From assembly GCF_006345805.1 (NCBI RefSeq), contig NC_043005.1, positions 97,774,001 to 97,838,000 on the forward strand: DNA of 64,000 nt, read 5' to 3'. The position numbers and the translations under genes were made by a program. The DNA is from Octopus sinensis (lineage: Eukaryota). The number at the start of each line of letters is the position of its first letter. The first letter of the stretch is position 1. The notes under the pieces were generated by a model, which made no database searches, was not told the origin of the DNA, and saw only the letters and a list, made by a program, of their open reading frames with translations. Of the stretch, positions 49,205 through 62,374 are shown one piece after another.

Positions 49205-49900
49205 TGGGTCATGCTCTTGCGAAGACCTGTTGAGGCAAGTGAAACCGAAATCAAATTCGATGACTGGCATCAATGCTAGCGGTATGCAAAGAGCACCATC
49301 CAAACATGAACGTTGCCAGAGTGGCTAACTGGCTTCTGTGCCAGTGGCGCGTAAAAGGCACCATCGAGCATGATCGTTACCAGCGTTGCCTTATTGGCAA
49401 AAAACATTCAAGCGAAGTCGTTGCCAGTACCACCTGACTGGCCCCCGTGCCGGTTGCACGTAAAAGCACCTACTACACTCTTGGAGTGGTTGGCATTAGG
49501 AAGGGCATCCAGCTGTAGAAACTCTGCCAGATCAAGACTGGAGCCTGGTGCAGCCATCTGGTTTGCCAGTTCTCAGTCAAACCGTCCAACCCAGGCTGGC
49601 ATGGAAAGTGGAATTGTCAATATGCTGTACTTGAGAAGAAGACCCATCATGCCAAGAAAAATAGACATGGTAGATGCTGGTGTCGTGCAACTGGCAGTCA
49701 TCCAGAGGCACGTAAAAGCACCCATTACACTCTTGGAGTGGCTGGTATTAGGAAGGGTATCCAGCCATAGAAACCATGTCAAATAAGACAGGAGTCTGGC
49801 GCAGCCCCTCAGCTTGCTAGCCCTGGTCAATCCATCCAATCCACAACAACATGGACAATGGATGTTAAATAATGATGATGATGATGATGATGATGACGAT
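49205..49900 (+). mobile_element. Two tandem RTE 3' UTR copies
   Basis: GAGTGGTTGGCATTAGGAAGGGCATCC near 49485 and again near 49737; final GGATGTTAAATAATGATGATG. Confidence 0.8.
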
Positions 49901-50194
49901 GATGACGACAATGACAACGATATATAAAATAAGGTCAAATAAAAAAAGATATAAGATGCAAATAGCTTATTGATCTGCTGATAGAAACAGCTGTAAACTC
50001 ACTCTTACTCTCACCTTTCTTGACTAATTAAATAATGGCTTTTTAGCACCAAAGACACACTTCGCATTGTTGTTTTTCCTCCATTTTCTTATTGTATTTA
50101 TATATGTATATACATATATATATATGCAAACATATATATAAATATATATGTTTATATATAATGGTAATATATTGGTATATGTATATATATATAT

Positions 50195-50249
<55 letters not shown>

Positions 50250-50251
<2 letters not shown>

Positions 50252-50568
50252 CACGTGACATCATGTGACATCACGTGACCGACCAGTCCATCAGATGTTG
50301 TTACACATCACTGGTCACAATGCGTTCGCATTGTTTTAGCCTTCGAATGACGCCACCCCGCTGGCTAAGCGAGCAGGCCAACAGAAGAAAGAGTAAGAGA
50401 AAGAGTGGTGAAAGAGTACAGCAGGGATCACCACCCCCTGCCGGAGCCTCGTGGAGCTTTTAGGTGTTTCCGCTCAATAAACACTCACAACGCCCGGTCT
50501 AGGAATCGAAACCGCGATCCTACGACCGCGAGTCTGCTGCCCTAACCACTAGGCCATTGCGCCTCCAC
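50250..50568 (-). mobile_element. SINE family D head/body with a different tail
   Basis: 50408-50568 matches 40868-41030; 50250-50390 does not match 40648-40830. Confidence 0.82.
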
Positions 50569-50640
50569 ATGTATGTATGTATGTATGTATATATATATAT
50601 GAACATCAATACGTGTATGAATATATTCATATATAAATAT

Positions 50641-50677
<37 letters not shown>

Positions 50678-50743
50678 ATTATATAAACATATATACATAT
50701 ATAAATATATAATGATAATATATTTGTATAGATATGTGTGTTT

Positions 50744-50808
<65 letters not shown>

Positions 50809-50847
50809 CATAATATATATAAATATAGATATATGTGTGTATATATA

Positions 50848-50884
<37 letters not shown>

Positions 50885-51127
50885 GTGGTGTGTGTGTGTG
50901 TGTGTGTGTGTGTGTATTACACACACACACATTATATTTATACACATCAGCATCATTAACATTCAAAGTCCATTTTCCATGCGGGCATGCATCGATGTTT
51001 TCCCAATATAGTTTTGCATGTGTACAGATGTGTGAATGTAAGTTATGGTTACATATGCACAATACACACACACACACACACACCTGTACATGTGTGTGTG
51101 CATGTGTACATATATACATATTTACAC

Positions 51128-51169
<42 letters not shown>

Positions 51170-51368
51170 CCAAAAGTTCTTGTAATACATCACTGGCAGT
51201 AAAATTGGTCAATTGATAAAACTGATAGTTACTGGTATATATTGATCTTTTCAATATCCCAAATAAATATTACTCCACACTTCAAGATTAAGTTCTCTCT
51301 TTCTTAGTGGTGTGAATACATAGTACTCTAGTTACAGTCACACACACACACATATATATACATATATA

Positions 51369-51411
<43 letters not shown>

Positions 51412-51914
51412 GGGGGGGTGTAGTTATATGAGTGTATGTGTGTATCTATATATATATATATAAAACAACGTTTCTGCTTATTTGATATATATTTTTGCAT
51501 TTAGCATTGATTTCATTGCATTCTTTGTTTACTTTTGTTTTATCAATAATTATTATATTTTGTTTGTTTGACTCTCACATTGATAATTGCTGGGCAACTG
51601 TAAGGATTAACACTTTATAGAAAGCTAATAGGAACCATCAAGAGTGATTTCAATTGTTATTGTATTACTATTGTTGTTGTTGTTGTTGTTATTTTTACAA
51701 TTCTTCTTCTTCTTCTTCTTCTTCTCCTCTTCCTTCTTCTCCTCATCCTCCTCCTCCCACATTCCCCCTCCTCCCCCTCTTCCCCTCCTTGCTGTTGTTG
51801 TTGTTATTTTTACAATTCTTCTTCTTCTTCTTCTTCTTCTTCTTCTTCTCCCTACCCTCCTCCCCCTCCTTCCCCCCCTCCTTTTCCCCTCCTTTCCCCC
51901 TCCTTGCTGTTGTT

Positions 51915-52475
51915 GTTAATGTTGACCTGTGGAATTATGTTGTACAGCTGCTATCACGTGTGGAACGGATATAGCTGACCCCATCGTGAAGATCATGTTG
52001 CCACCTTTCCTTTGATCAGCAAAGACAAGCAGTTTTTCTCTGTCTGGTGGCTCTGGCAAAAGAGGTTGTGTGCTGGATTGCATTGAAAGGATTAAATACA
52101 AACACTTTCCTTCCCAGTCAAAAGCTTTTCAGCATTTTAAAATTCCATTCGAAAAGGAAGGTGAAAGTTGAGAAAGACAAGAAAGTTAAATGTAGTGAAG
52201 AGGACCCAAGTGAATGGGTCTGCTCTAATCTAATGACTGTTGATGCATGAAGTGTATGGAGGTGTTCCATGGTACTTCCAATGAGTAGAGTAGTTTGTGA
52301 TCTGTGGAATTTCCTGGAGGACTCTGAGTGGCATTTGTCCCCCTATTGGGGATTTTGTTTGTTAAGATTTCTTTTGCAAATTTTTTAGTTTTATTGTCTG
52401 TATATTTCTAGCTAAATCCCCACTGTCTTTCTATTGTTCTAAATGTTTTTTTTTTGTGGCCCTTGTGGCCTATAA
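51915..52475 (+). mobile_element. Old 3' remnant of a second Tx1-type element
   Basis: VDLWNYVVQLLSRVER..LAKEVVCWIALKGLNTNTFLPSQKLFSILKFHSKRKVKVE aligns to the C-terminus of the 13.5-16.3 kb ORF2; ends GGCCCTTGTGGCCTATAAAG. Confidence 0.75.
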
Positions 52476-52566
52476 AGAATTATTATTTTTATTATTAATC
52501 AGTTAAAGAAGATTTAAGAAAAGAGGAGAAAAAAGAAAATAAAAAATGTGAAGGACATAATAATAA

Positions 52567-52926
52567 CTAGCATTATGACCCAGCGTTGCCGGGTCATAGT
52601 GCTAGTGCATGCATATACAGCATGCGCACATACACGCGAGTACTCTCCAAATCTTCGACCAATCACATACAGCTAGCTGGCATTCAATTGGTGTATCAAG
52701 TTTCGGGCATTTTGATTGGGTTTTGGATAGAAAATTCACAAATAAGTCACTTCTATTGATTTTTTAATGGCTTTGTTGGGTGACTGAGGGAAATGTAAAG
52801 ATATGCACGACCACCCTTGGACGGTTTTGAATGACCATAGAAAGTGCGAGCCTTCTAACTGAAAAATTGTGGATTTGTATAAAGGACACACACACAGACA
52901 GACATTTTGCCGTTTATATATATAGA
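52567..52926 (-). mobile_element. Non-autonomous Helitron (360 bp)
   Basis: Minus strand A|TC...CTAG|T termini with an 11-bp subterminal hairpin (52574-52598). Confidence 0.8.
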
Positions 52927-53214
52927 TATAATAATATATAATAACAACAACAACAACAACAACAACAATAATAATAATAATATAAAACAACTGGAACTGC
53001 TGTCAGGCTTGAGGTGATCCAGAAGACAGTATTGGTGGGTACAGCTTGCATTCTAAGGAGAGTATTGTCTCTTTGAGTCACAGGAGAAAGCACTACTTGA
53101 AACCTTTGGTGATTTGTTATTGCCTGCTTTCAAATAAAGAACAACCGTGAATTAAGAACTATCTGGGAGTCTTTCAGAATAACAACAACAACAACAATAA
53201 TGATAATAATAATG

Positions 53215-53770
53215 AAACAGTATCACATACTGCGAGTGGGAGTAGCAAACTGATCCAAAAGAAATACAAATGGAAGTATGATAACTTAGCTAATAATGTT
53301 CATTGGAAATTGTGTGAGAAGTACAGTCTTGAAAGACCATTGAAATGGTATGAGCATAATCCAGAAGGGGTCACTGAGAATAATGAGTATAAGATCTTAT
53401 GAGATCTTACAATCTATTATGACTCAGTAATTGATGGTCGGAGACCAGACATTGTTGTGGTGGATAAAATGATGAAGGAAACCAAGATCATAGATATTGG
53501 TATATTAGGGAATGTATGAGTGGGTGAAATAGAACTGGAAAAGATTGAAAAGTTCAAGCCTCTAAAAGTTAAGATTGCATGAATGTGGGCAATGAAGGAA
53601 GTAACTGTCATCTCAGAAGTTGTAGGGGCATCGAGAGCATTAAGAACCAGGTTTGGGAAAGATGCTGGAGAAACTGGGATTGACGTGAGAATAGAACAGG
53701 CTCAGAAAACTGTTCTGCTGGGGACGGCAAGGGCTTTGAGATTGGTAATTGGAGATGTTAAGTATTGTGG
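53215..53770 (+). mobile_element. Old R4/Dong RLE remnant (another lineage)
   Basis: NVHWKLCEKYSL..KWYEHNPEGVTENNEYKIL..GRRPDIVVVDK..IIDI..IEQAQKTVLLGTARAL. Confidence 0.85.
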
Positions 53771-53884
53771 AAAGAGACTCTGTGAGGCCCATGGCAATGT
53801 GTTGTTTTCCACTCTTAAAAAAAATTAACTGGAGCAAGTAAACTCGAGAGTTCTGAGAAGTGAAATGAATATAATAATAATATG

Positions 53885-54030
53885 TCATTGCATGTGAAAG
53901 GCACATGGTACACTCTGTGGAGTGGTTGGCATGAAGAAGGGCATCCAGCCATAAAACCCTAGCCAAAACAGACTGGAGTTCAGTGCAGCTCTCTGGCATG
54001 GAAAATGGATGCTAAATGATGATGATAATG
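53885..54030 (+). mobile_element. RTE 3' tail copy
   Basis: GGAGTGGTTGGCATGAAGAAGGGCATCCAGCC..GGCATGGAAAATGGATGCTAAATGATGATG. Confidence 0.75.
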
Positions 54031-54034
54031 GATC

Positions 54035-54248
54035 CTTTCAACAATGGGTACAAGGCCAGAAATTTTGGAAGAGGGAGTGGATTGATTATATCGATCCCAG
54101 AATTTAAGTGGTAGTTTATTTCATCAACCCCGAAACGATGAAGGGCAAAGTTGGCTTCTGTAGAATTTTAACTCAGAATGTAAAGATAGATTAAATGCTG
54201 CTAAGCATTTTGTGTGCATGCTAATGGTCCTACCAGCTCGCCACTTCA
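54035..54248 (-). mobile_element. SINE family A
   Basis: ACAAGGCCAGAAATTTT..CCCCGAAACGATGAAGGGCAAAG..AACTCAGAATG..CCAGCTCGCC. Confidence 0.8.
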
Positions 54249-54271
54249 GTAATAATAATAATAATAATAAT

Positions 54272-54311
<40 letters not shown>

Positions 54312-54487
54312 TCATGTTAACTGGAATGGCTCATGTACTGAGAAGAGCATTATCGCTGTGAAAACAACATCCATTCATGAATTTATTTATTTATTAATTT
54401 TTTAAATACATATTTTACCAGTGAATTTGCTTGTGTAATCTGGGAATGCATACAATGAGCTTCTCTAATAATAATAATAATAATAAC

Positions 54488-54520
<33 letters not shown>

Positions 54521-55030
54521 CATAATAATAATAGTAATAATCTTAATTGAGGGAAAGGGAATTCAAATCAAAGCTATGTATGTTTCAGTAAACAAATGCT
54601 ATTTATTTCATATTACATACAAAGTTATGCGATCCAAGCAGCAAATTTAGTGTCCATTCACTTCTGCAGAGACTATAGTTAGAATCACAATCAATTTATG
54701 AAATAAACTCACAATGTGGCATGGATTTTCACTGCTCAATGGACGTGTCCAGAAACCAGGCAAAGAGACAATATGTAAATGTTAATCTATTCTATCAGCT
54801 CTTTAGTACAGCATCCGTCCAAACAGGACTTAAAGCACTTAATCAAAATAAAATTCCTCCAATGGTTCAAGAAATCATCTTCCTCTCAGTGATAACTCCA
54901 TCAGTAGGGTAATCTCTTTGGCAACAATTTATTATAGTCACACACAAATGAAATGACAAAGGAAGAAAAGAATAAGCAACATGGTTTGCTAACCACTAAC
55001 ACCTTTCTCTCGCTCACTCTTGCTCTCTCT

Positions 55031-55069
<39 letters not shown>

Positions 55070-55614
55070 TGGGTATTACTTTGCCTCATGTCTAAAAGTC
55101 AGACAAAAAAAATATGGTTTAACTAGCTTTTGAGCTTTGTGATCTTAGCTTTGGCAAGAATTTACTGTTACTCTGTAATGGCTTCTTGGACTGAAAATCA
55201 TCTGATGGTAAACTTTAACAACATTTCACCATCTTATAAAATAAATGTTTAAATAACATTATGCTGTATTTATAAATAGTGTAAACCACGAAGTAGAGAG
55301 GAATAATGTAAAATGTGTTTTTGGTAAGATGTGAATATATGGCACTGGTGGAAACTTGTTATTATAGAAACAATAAAATTTATAAATATCCATTGAGAAA
55401 CCATACTTTATATATATGATAAGATCTTTGTAGAAAATGTGCAAAGGAAAAGAATCAAATTTATTGCAACATTTGAAAATAATAATAATGATAATAATAA
55501 TAATAGTAATAATAATAATATAATATAATGATAATAATAATAATAATAATATTAATAATAATAATAATAATAAATGCTGTTTATAACTTGACTTATGGCA
55601 CTTTATTTGGTTTC

Positions 55615-55880
55615 ACAGGAGAAGAAGAAAAAGAAGAATGAGGAGGAGGAGGGGGAGGAGAAGACGAGGAAGAAGAAGAAGAAGAAGAAAAAGAAGAATG
55701 AGGAGGGGGAGAAGAAGAAGAAGAAGAAGGAGGAGGAGGAGGAGAAGAAGAAGGAAAAGAAGAAGAAGAAGAAGAAGAAGAAGAAGAAGGAGAAGAAGGA
55801 GAAGAAGGAGAAGAAGAAGAAGAAGAAGTAGGAGGAAGAAGAAGAAGTAGAAGAAGAAGAAGAAGAAGAAGAAGAAGAAG

Positions 55881-55910
<30 letters not shown>
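55615..55910. repeat. (GAA/GGA)n tract
   Basis: Direct reading; poly-K/E/R ORFs are artefacts. Confidence 0.95.
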
Positions 55911-55911
<1 letters not shown>

Positions 55912-56519
55912 GGTACTTTATATAGACCTATACAATAAGAGACAAAATCAACCATAGCAAACACACGATATCTTAGAATCACATCAATCATTGACAGAAC
56001 ATTTTACGTAAGTTATTTTAAGAAGCCATGCAAGGCAGCAGCAAAGCTACAAGGCAGCAGCAAGCTTTCTTATGTTTGATACATACAAACTAGTACAGGT
56101 TACCAAGGGAGGTTGTCGAGTGAGAGACAACCTGCCAATTCAAGAATAAACTCGATAAATATTGAAAGAACAATAAATTTTGAGAGAGAAACTCATTATA
56201 AATCAGTTGGCATCTTGCAGATTTTTATCTCTCAGCCTTAACAAAAAAAATTTTTTTAAATGAAAATATAAAAAAAAAGAAAAGAAAGGAAAAAAAATCA
56301 CAAATTAAAGACGTGTAAAATTATTGTTTCTGATGACAGAATGGGTGTTTAAATATTTGAAAATGAACTAACGATGCCAATAACCTTTTTGAAAGAGTTT
56401 GAGAAATGATTCATGTTTAAATAGCTACAAACAGCAGATTTTTTATCATTAACTCTTTTGATGCTGTCTCAGCTGAGACCATCTCTAGTTCTATGGTACT
56501 AAACTTTCTTAGTTTTGAA

Positions 56520-56672
56520 GCTGCCTCCTCCTCCTCCTCCTCCTCCTCCTCATCATCATCATCATCATCATCACCATCACCATCATCATCATCATCATCA
56601 TCATCATGACAACCACCGCTGCCACCGCCACGACCACCACGACCACGACCACCACTACCACCACTGCTGTCA

Positions 56673-56731
<59 letters not shown>

Positions 56732-56857
56732 TCGTCGTCGTCATCGTCGTCGTCATCATCACCATCACCATCATCATCATCATCATCATGATGACAACCA
56801 CCGCTGCCACCACCACCACCACCACCACCACTACCACCACTGCTGTCATTGTCGTCG

Positions 56858-56888
<31 letters not shown>

Positions 56889-57075
56889 AACCATCATCAT
56901 CACCATCATCATCATCATCATCATCATTATCATCATCATCATCATGACAACCACCGCTGCCGCCGCCACAACCACCACCACCGCCACCATTGCTGTCATC
57001 ATCATTGTCATCTTCATCATAATTGATCACTACCACTGCTGCCATCACCATTGTCGTCTTCGTCATCATCATCAT
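56520..57075. repeat. Compound (CAT/CAC/CGT)n tract
   Basis: Direct reading. Confidence 0.92.
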
Positions 57076-57374
57076 GTCTACTTTCCCGTGCTCGCATGGG
57101 TCAGACAGAATTTGTTGAGGCAAATTTCCTATGGCTGGATGTCCTTCACCTGTTTCCAAGCAACGTGGATATTTCCCTATGGCCAGGCAGGTGCTTCAAG
57201 GTAGAACTGAAGCAAATAAACTGTAGCACTTTGCTTACAACCATAACGTGATGTCAAGACACAAGTGCATGCACACACAACAGGCACAGACACGCACATA
57301 CACACACATGCACACACACACACACGCATGCACACACATGCACACATACATTCACATACACATTCTTATATTCA

Positions 57375-57695
57375 AGAAGCATCTATCAGTTTCCATCTAC
57401 CAAATGCTCTCACAAGGCTGAGGTCAGTCTGGAGCTACAGTACAAGACACTTGTCCAAGATGTTACCAAGTGGGATTGAACCCTAAACCACATAGTTGGG
57501 AAGCAAACTCCTTGACCATATAGTCATGTCTCCACCTGCATCCATATTCATTTTCAGTGTTTATATCCCTGCAATTTATTAGTTCAGCAAAAGAGATCCC
57601 TCCCATAAGCATGGGGGTTGATTCGTTCGACTTAAAGCCCTTCCAGGCAGTGCCCCAGCATGGTTGCAGTCCAATGACTGGAACAAGTAAAAGAT
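57375..57695 (-). mobile_element. Decayed SINE family B pieces
   Basis: TTTCCATCTACCAAATGCTCTCACAAGG..AAGACACTTGTCCAAG..GGGATTGAACCC (minus), then a 3'-half piece ..CCCCAGCATGGTTGCAGTC. Confidence 0.6.
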
Positions 57696-58149
57696 AAAAG
57701 AAGACACAGACACAAACACACACACACATGCACATGCACACAAACATATACACTCAGCCCCCCCCCCACATGTTTACTTCAAGCATAAAGATTAACACAG
57801 TTCCTATCAACTTGTGTCTCTGATAAAAGACACTTGCACAGATATTCTACAAAGTTGGTATCAAACCACAAATCTCAATGCTGAAAAACAAACACTTTAA
57901 CCACCCAGCCATGCTTAGATTACCGATGCATTCAAAATAAAGAAACAATCAGCCACATTTTTTTCCAGCTGCAAGTTAGTTACTGCAAAGACAAAATATC
58001 TTCACAGACATGACAGAGTAGTTGGCTGTATATGTTAAATTATGTGTACAAGACACTTCTACATGAAAACTGAGAATAAGTGTAATAAAAATGTACATGA
58101 AATCCTAGTATGTGACAACAACATGACTACTGTACTCTAGGGTATGTCT

Positions 58150-58480
58150 GTATATCTATAATGGCAAAGGAGATCAAAGCAAACAGTCACATATCGTAAT
58201 CAAAGACAGAAACGAAAAATCTATGCAATCTAATTAACATAATGATACCTTCTAACCAAAACATTGCTTGGAAAGAAATTGAAATGCTATCAAAGTACAA
58301 GAACTTTGAAGCGGAAATAAGCAAGATGTGAGTTATAATAGTAAAATAAGCATTGATATTATTTGGTGTACTGAGTTTGGTATATAAAATAAACACACAA
58401 ACAAAATTATGTAAGCCACACCACAATAAAAAAAGAAGAGTACTGTTATATATGGCTCACACCCAGCACAAGACATCTTT
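58150..58480 (+). mobile_element. Very old R4/Dong RLE remnant
   Basis: EIKANSHISVIKD..IMIPSNQNIAWKEIEMLSKYKNFEAEISKM. Confidence 0.65.
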
Positions 58481-58542
58481 TTATCCACTTACATCAATTT
58501 TGGGCATGTATTCAACCTGTTCACCTCCCAATTCTATGACAC

Positions 58543-58824
58543 AATCACACAGCACATACTCTATCTAATCACATTCCGGTACAATAACACAACTCAAACA
58601 GCACATATTCTTTATAAATACCAACTAGTATTATAGCAGAAATCACACAGCACATACTCTTTACATAAATCACACAGTACATACTCTTTATAAATACCAA
58701 CTAGAATTATAACACAAATCATACAACACATACTCTTTATAAATACCAACCAGTATTATAGCAGAAATCACACAGCACATACTCTTTACATGAACCACAC
58801 AGTACATACACTTTATGTACTGTG
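58543..58824 (+). repeat. Minisatellite built on AATCACACAGCACATACTCTTTA, ending in an 11-bp hairpin
   Basis: About 7 copies in alternating long and short units; CACAGTACATA/TATGTACTGTG at 58798-58824. Confidence 0.8.
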
Positions 58825-58831
58825 AGAGAGT

Positions 58832-59000
58832 AAGTCGATTACATTGACACCAGTGATCAACTGGTACTTATTTTATTGACTCTGAAAGGATGAAAGGTAA
58901 AGTCAACCTCGGTGGAATTTGAACTCAGGACATGAAGACAACAAAATGCCACTAAGCATTTCGCTTGATGTGCTAATGATTCAGCCAGCTTGCTACCTTC
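58832..59000 (-). mobile_element. SINE family A
   Basis: GTCGATTACATTGACACC..GGATGAAAGGTAAAGTCAACCTCGGTGGAATTTGAACTCAG. Confidence 0.85.
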
Positions 59001-59112
59001 TAGTACAAACTTGAACTTCTAACTTGTCTCTGGGTGAGACTTGAACTCAATTTGTACAAATACATAGATAAATCCAAACATATAATAATAATAATAGCAA
59101 TGATTATAATGC

Positions 59113-59162
<50 letters not shown>

Positions 59163-59164
<2 letters not shown>

Positions 59165-61752
59165 GTTCAAAAAGTTCAACTCCAACCCCAAAAAGTTCTA
59201 CCAAGAACTGGGAAAAAATAAAATAGAAGTCACTGCAGCACCAACGGCAGAAGAATTGGAAGAATTCTGGAGAGAAATATGGTCGGCGAACGAACAACCA
59301 AAAAAAAGGAGTATCAAAATAACAAACTCGGTATCTGAACAACTTTGGACCCCCATAACAACTGAAGAGGTCACCCAGGCACTGCAAAGACTAAGCAACT
59401 GGAAGGCACCTGGGCATGACAAGATCCCCAACTTCTAGTTGAAATATCTAACAGGAATGCACAAAAAGCTGGCTGAAAACTTTAACAACATACTAGCAGA
59501 GCCAGAGACAATGCCTGAATGGCTCACGAAGGGGAAAACCATCTTAATTCCCAAATCAAATGAAACAGCAAAACCAGAAAACTACAGACCAATAACCTGC
59601 CTCCCTACTATGTTCAAGGCATTTACTGCAGTGATATCGCAAAGGCTGAACAAGCACCTGGACGAAAACAAACTGTTCCCAGAAGAGCAGAAAGGATGCC
59701 GCAAGGGCTCATATGGCTGTAAAGATCAACTAATGATTAATAAAGCCATAACTGAAGACAGCCGCAGAAAGAAGAAAGGCCTCAGTATGGCCTGGATTGA
59801 CTACAAAAAGGCGTTTGATAGCACCCCCCACACATGGATCCTCGAAACACTAGCCATTAACAAAGTAGCACTAACAATCATAAAATTCATAGAGCACTCT
59901 ATGAATAAATGGCAAACAGTCCTACACCTCCAAACAAAAGAGGGACTCATGAAAACAAACAAAGACTCCCCATTAGAAGAGGAATATTCCAGGGAGACAC
60001 GCTCTCTCCACTCCTTTTCTGCTTGGCACTGTCACCTCTATCTGATATACTAAATAGAACTGGATGCGGATATAAATGTTACGGCAAAACGATCAGCCAC
60101 CTTTTATATATGGATGACCTAAAACTATACGCTGCAATGACAAACAGCTGGAAACACTATTAAAGACAGTTCATGGATTTACCAAAGAAATAGATATGAA
60201 ATTTGGATTAAAAAATGCGCCAATAACCATGAAAAGGAAAACTAGTTAAGAGTAACAACATCACACTAGATAAAACCAATGAAAAAAAGAATTAGACCAA
60301 ACCCAAACTTACAAATACTTAGGAATCCATGAACTAGATAAGACACAACACACACAAATGAAAGAGAAAAAAAAAAGAATATTATAGACGAGTTAGATCA
60401 ATACTAAAAACAGAGCTCAATGCTAAAAAAAAGATAATAGGTATCAACACTTTAGCTGTCCCAGTTATAAGTTACAGCTACAATATCCTTAACTGGACAC
60501 TAATGAACTGACCAAAATAGATAGGAAAACAAGAAAATAATGACAGGATCTAGGATCATCACCCAAAATCTGACATAGAAGGACTATATATACAACGTAT
60601 AGAAGGTGGTAGAGGCCTTATACAGCTGGAAAACTACTATAAAATAACCACCATAGGACTGCAAAAATATCTACTTCAGAAGGAAGAAAACTGATCCAGA
60701 TAGCGGCAAAACACGAGCAAAACAAAAAACTGTTCTCAGTATTTAAGGAAGCTGACAAATACAAACAAGAAATCATGCCACCTAATAAACACGAGAAGAA
60801 AGAAGAAGAAGAAGAAGAAGATGAAGAAACAACAAAAGCTATAAAACAATGAAATCCAAACTAAAAATAGAACAGCAACGAACCATGATAAAACGATGGC
60901 AAGAAAAGCCCCTTCATGGTAAATACTGGACTAAACTAAACGCAAAAGAAATAGACAAAGAAAAATCCCAGCAATGGTTGAGAAGCTCAGGACTCAAGCA
61001 GAAACAGAGGGATTTTTAATTGCAGCACAAGACCAAAGCCTCCCCACCAGAAATTACTAAAACATGTAATGAAAAGAATATTACAAGTAACTGCAGAATA
61101 TGTGAAGATGGACAAGAAACAATAAATCATATTATCTCTAGCTGCCCAGTCCTGGCTCAGAGGAATATATTCACAGACATGACAGAGTTGGGAACCTACA
61201 TACATTGGAAGCTATGCCAACATTATGGAATAACAACAGAAAAAAGATGGTATAGGCACACACCAGAAAAGGTCACAGAAAACGAGAAGCAACCATACTG
61301 TGGGATATGCCGATACACACAGATAGAGAAATTAAGGCCAACAGACCAGATATAGTTGTCAGAGATCATGAGAAAAAAATGCTTTCTAATTGATGTATCA
61401 ATACCAGCAGATGACAACGTGCATCTAAAAGAAATGGAGAAACTTTCAAAATACAAAGACCTGGAAATAGAGGTAACTAGAATGTGGAATCTGAAAACAG
61501 AAACAATTCCTATCATAGTAGGTGCATTAGGCATATAAAAAAAATATTCAGACAAATACATAACAAAAACACCAGGACTTACAAACACATATAACATACA
61601 GAAAATTGCACTACTAGGCACTGCACACATCCTACGCAGAACACTTTCCATACAATAACCATCAGAGCATCACAACAAATCACAGCACATACCCAAGGCA
61701 CACAGAGCTGTGCTCGGTAGTGAAGTGAAAGCACGCTATAAAAATAAAACTA

Positions 61753-61755
<3 letters not shown>
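59163..61755 (+). mobile_element. 5'-truncated R4/Dong-type (RLE) LINE in (TAA)n: RT, CCHC, PD-(D/E)xK nuclease, 3' UTR
   Basis: WKAPGHDKIPNF, NYRPITCLPTMFK, EQKGCRKGSYGCKDQL, WIDYKKAFDS, GIFQGDTLSPLLF, LYMDDLKLY, CRIC..ETINHIISSC, RPDIVV..IDVSIP..EK..KY; many 1-bp frameshifts; (TAA)n at 59115-59162 and 61756-61783. Confidence 0.93.
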
Positions 61756-61783
<28 letters not shown>

Positions 61784-61786
<3 letters not shown>

Positions 61787-62341
61787 GCTCTGATGCAGTA
61801 CCAGGCAGTGGCTCTCATGGCTTCTGAACTTAACTGATTGGAAGTGTTATCATGTACATTGTTTTGTCTTGGTATAAAAGATGGGCTACAGTAAATATTC
61901 TGCTCAATACCACAGATTGGCTTGTCAGATGTTTGACCTTAACCAGTTGAGCATGTCCCTTAGTGGCTAACGATATGTGCATCTCTGATCACGAAGCAGA
62001 AGTAGTGGGGGAGCATCATAGCCATGTGTTGAGAGGGATTCTTTGGGGTTTGAATAATTCACCTCTGGAAACATGGGTGGTTCTTTCAACATCCTTAAAC
62101 AACCCTTTTTGAGGGACCTTTTGAGTGGGATGGGTTACTCGACCAGAAGAAAATTCTAACTGGGCCCCACCTGCAAGGTCATGCACTGTTTATCTTGATA
62201 TGAGATCACCATGTCAGGCACATATGGTTGTGATGCATGTGCCTGGTGTACCCTTATCAGACAGGTAGTCATGATGGGTATACTGGGCTTCGTATATTTT
62301 ACCCCAGTGTCACATTGATGGCATGCACTGCTCTCTCACTT
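61784..62341 (+). mobile_element. ~558-bp non-coding element in (TAA)n (third copy)
   Basis: Same termini as 45981-46536. Confidence 0.85.
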
Positions 62342-62374
62342 AATGATGATAGTAATAACAACAACAACAACAAC

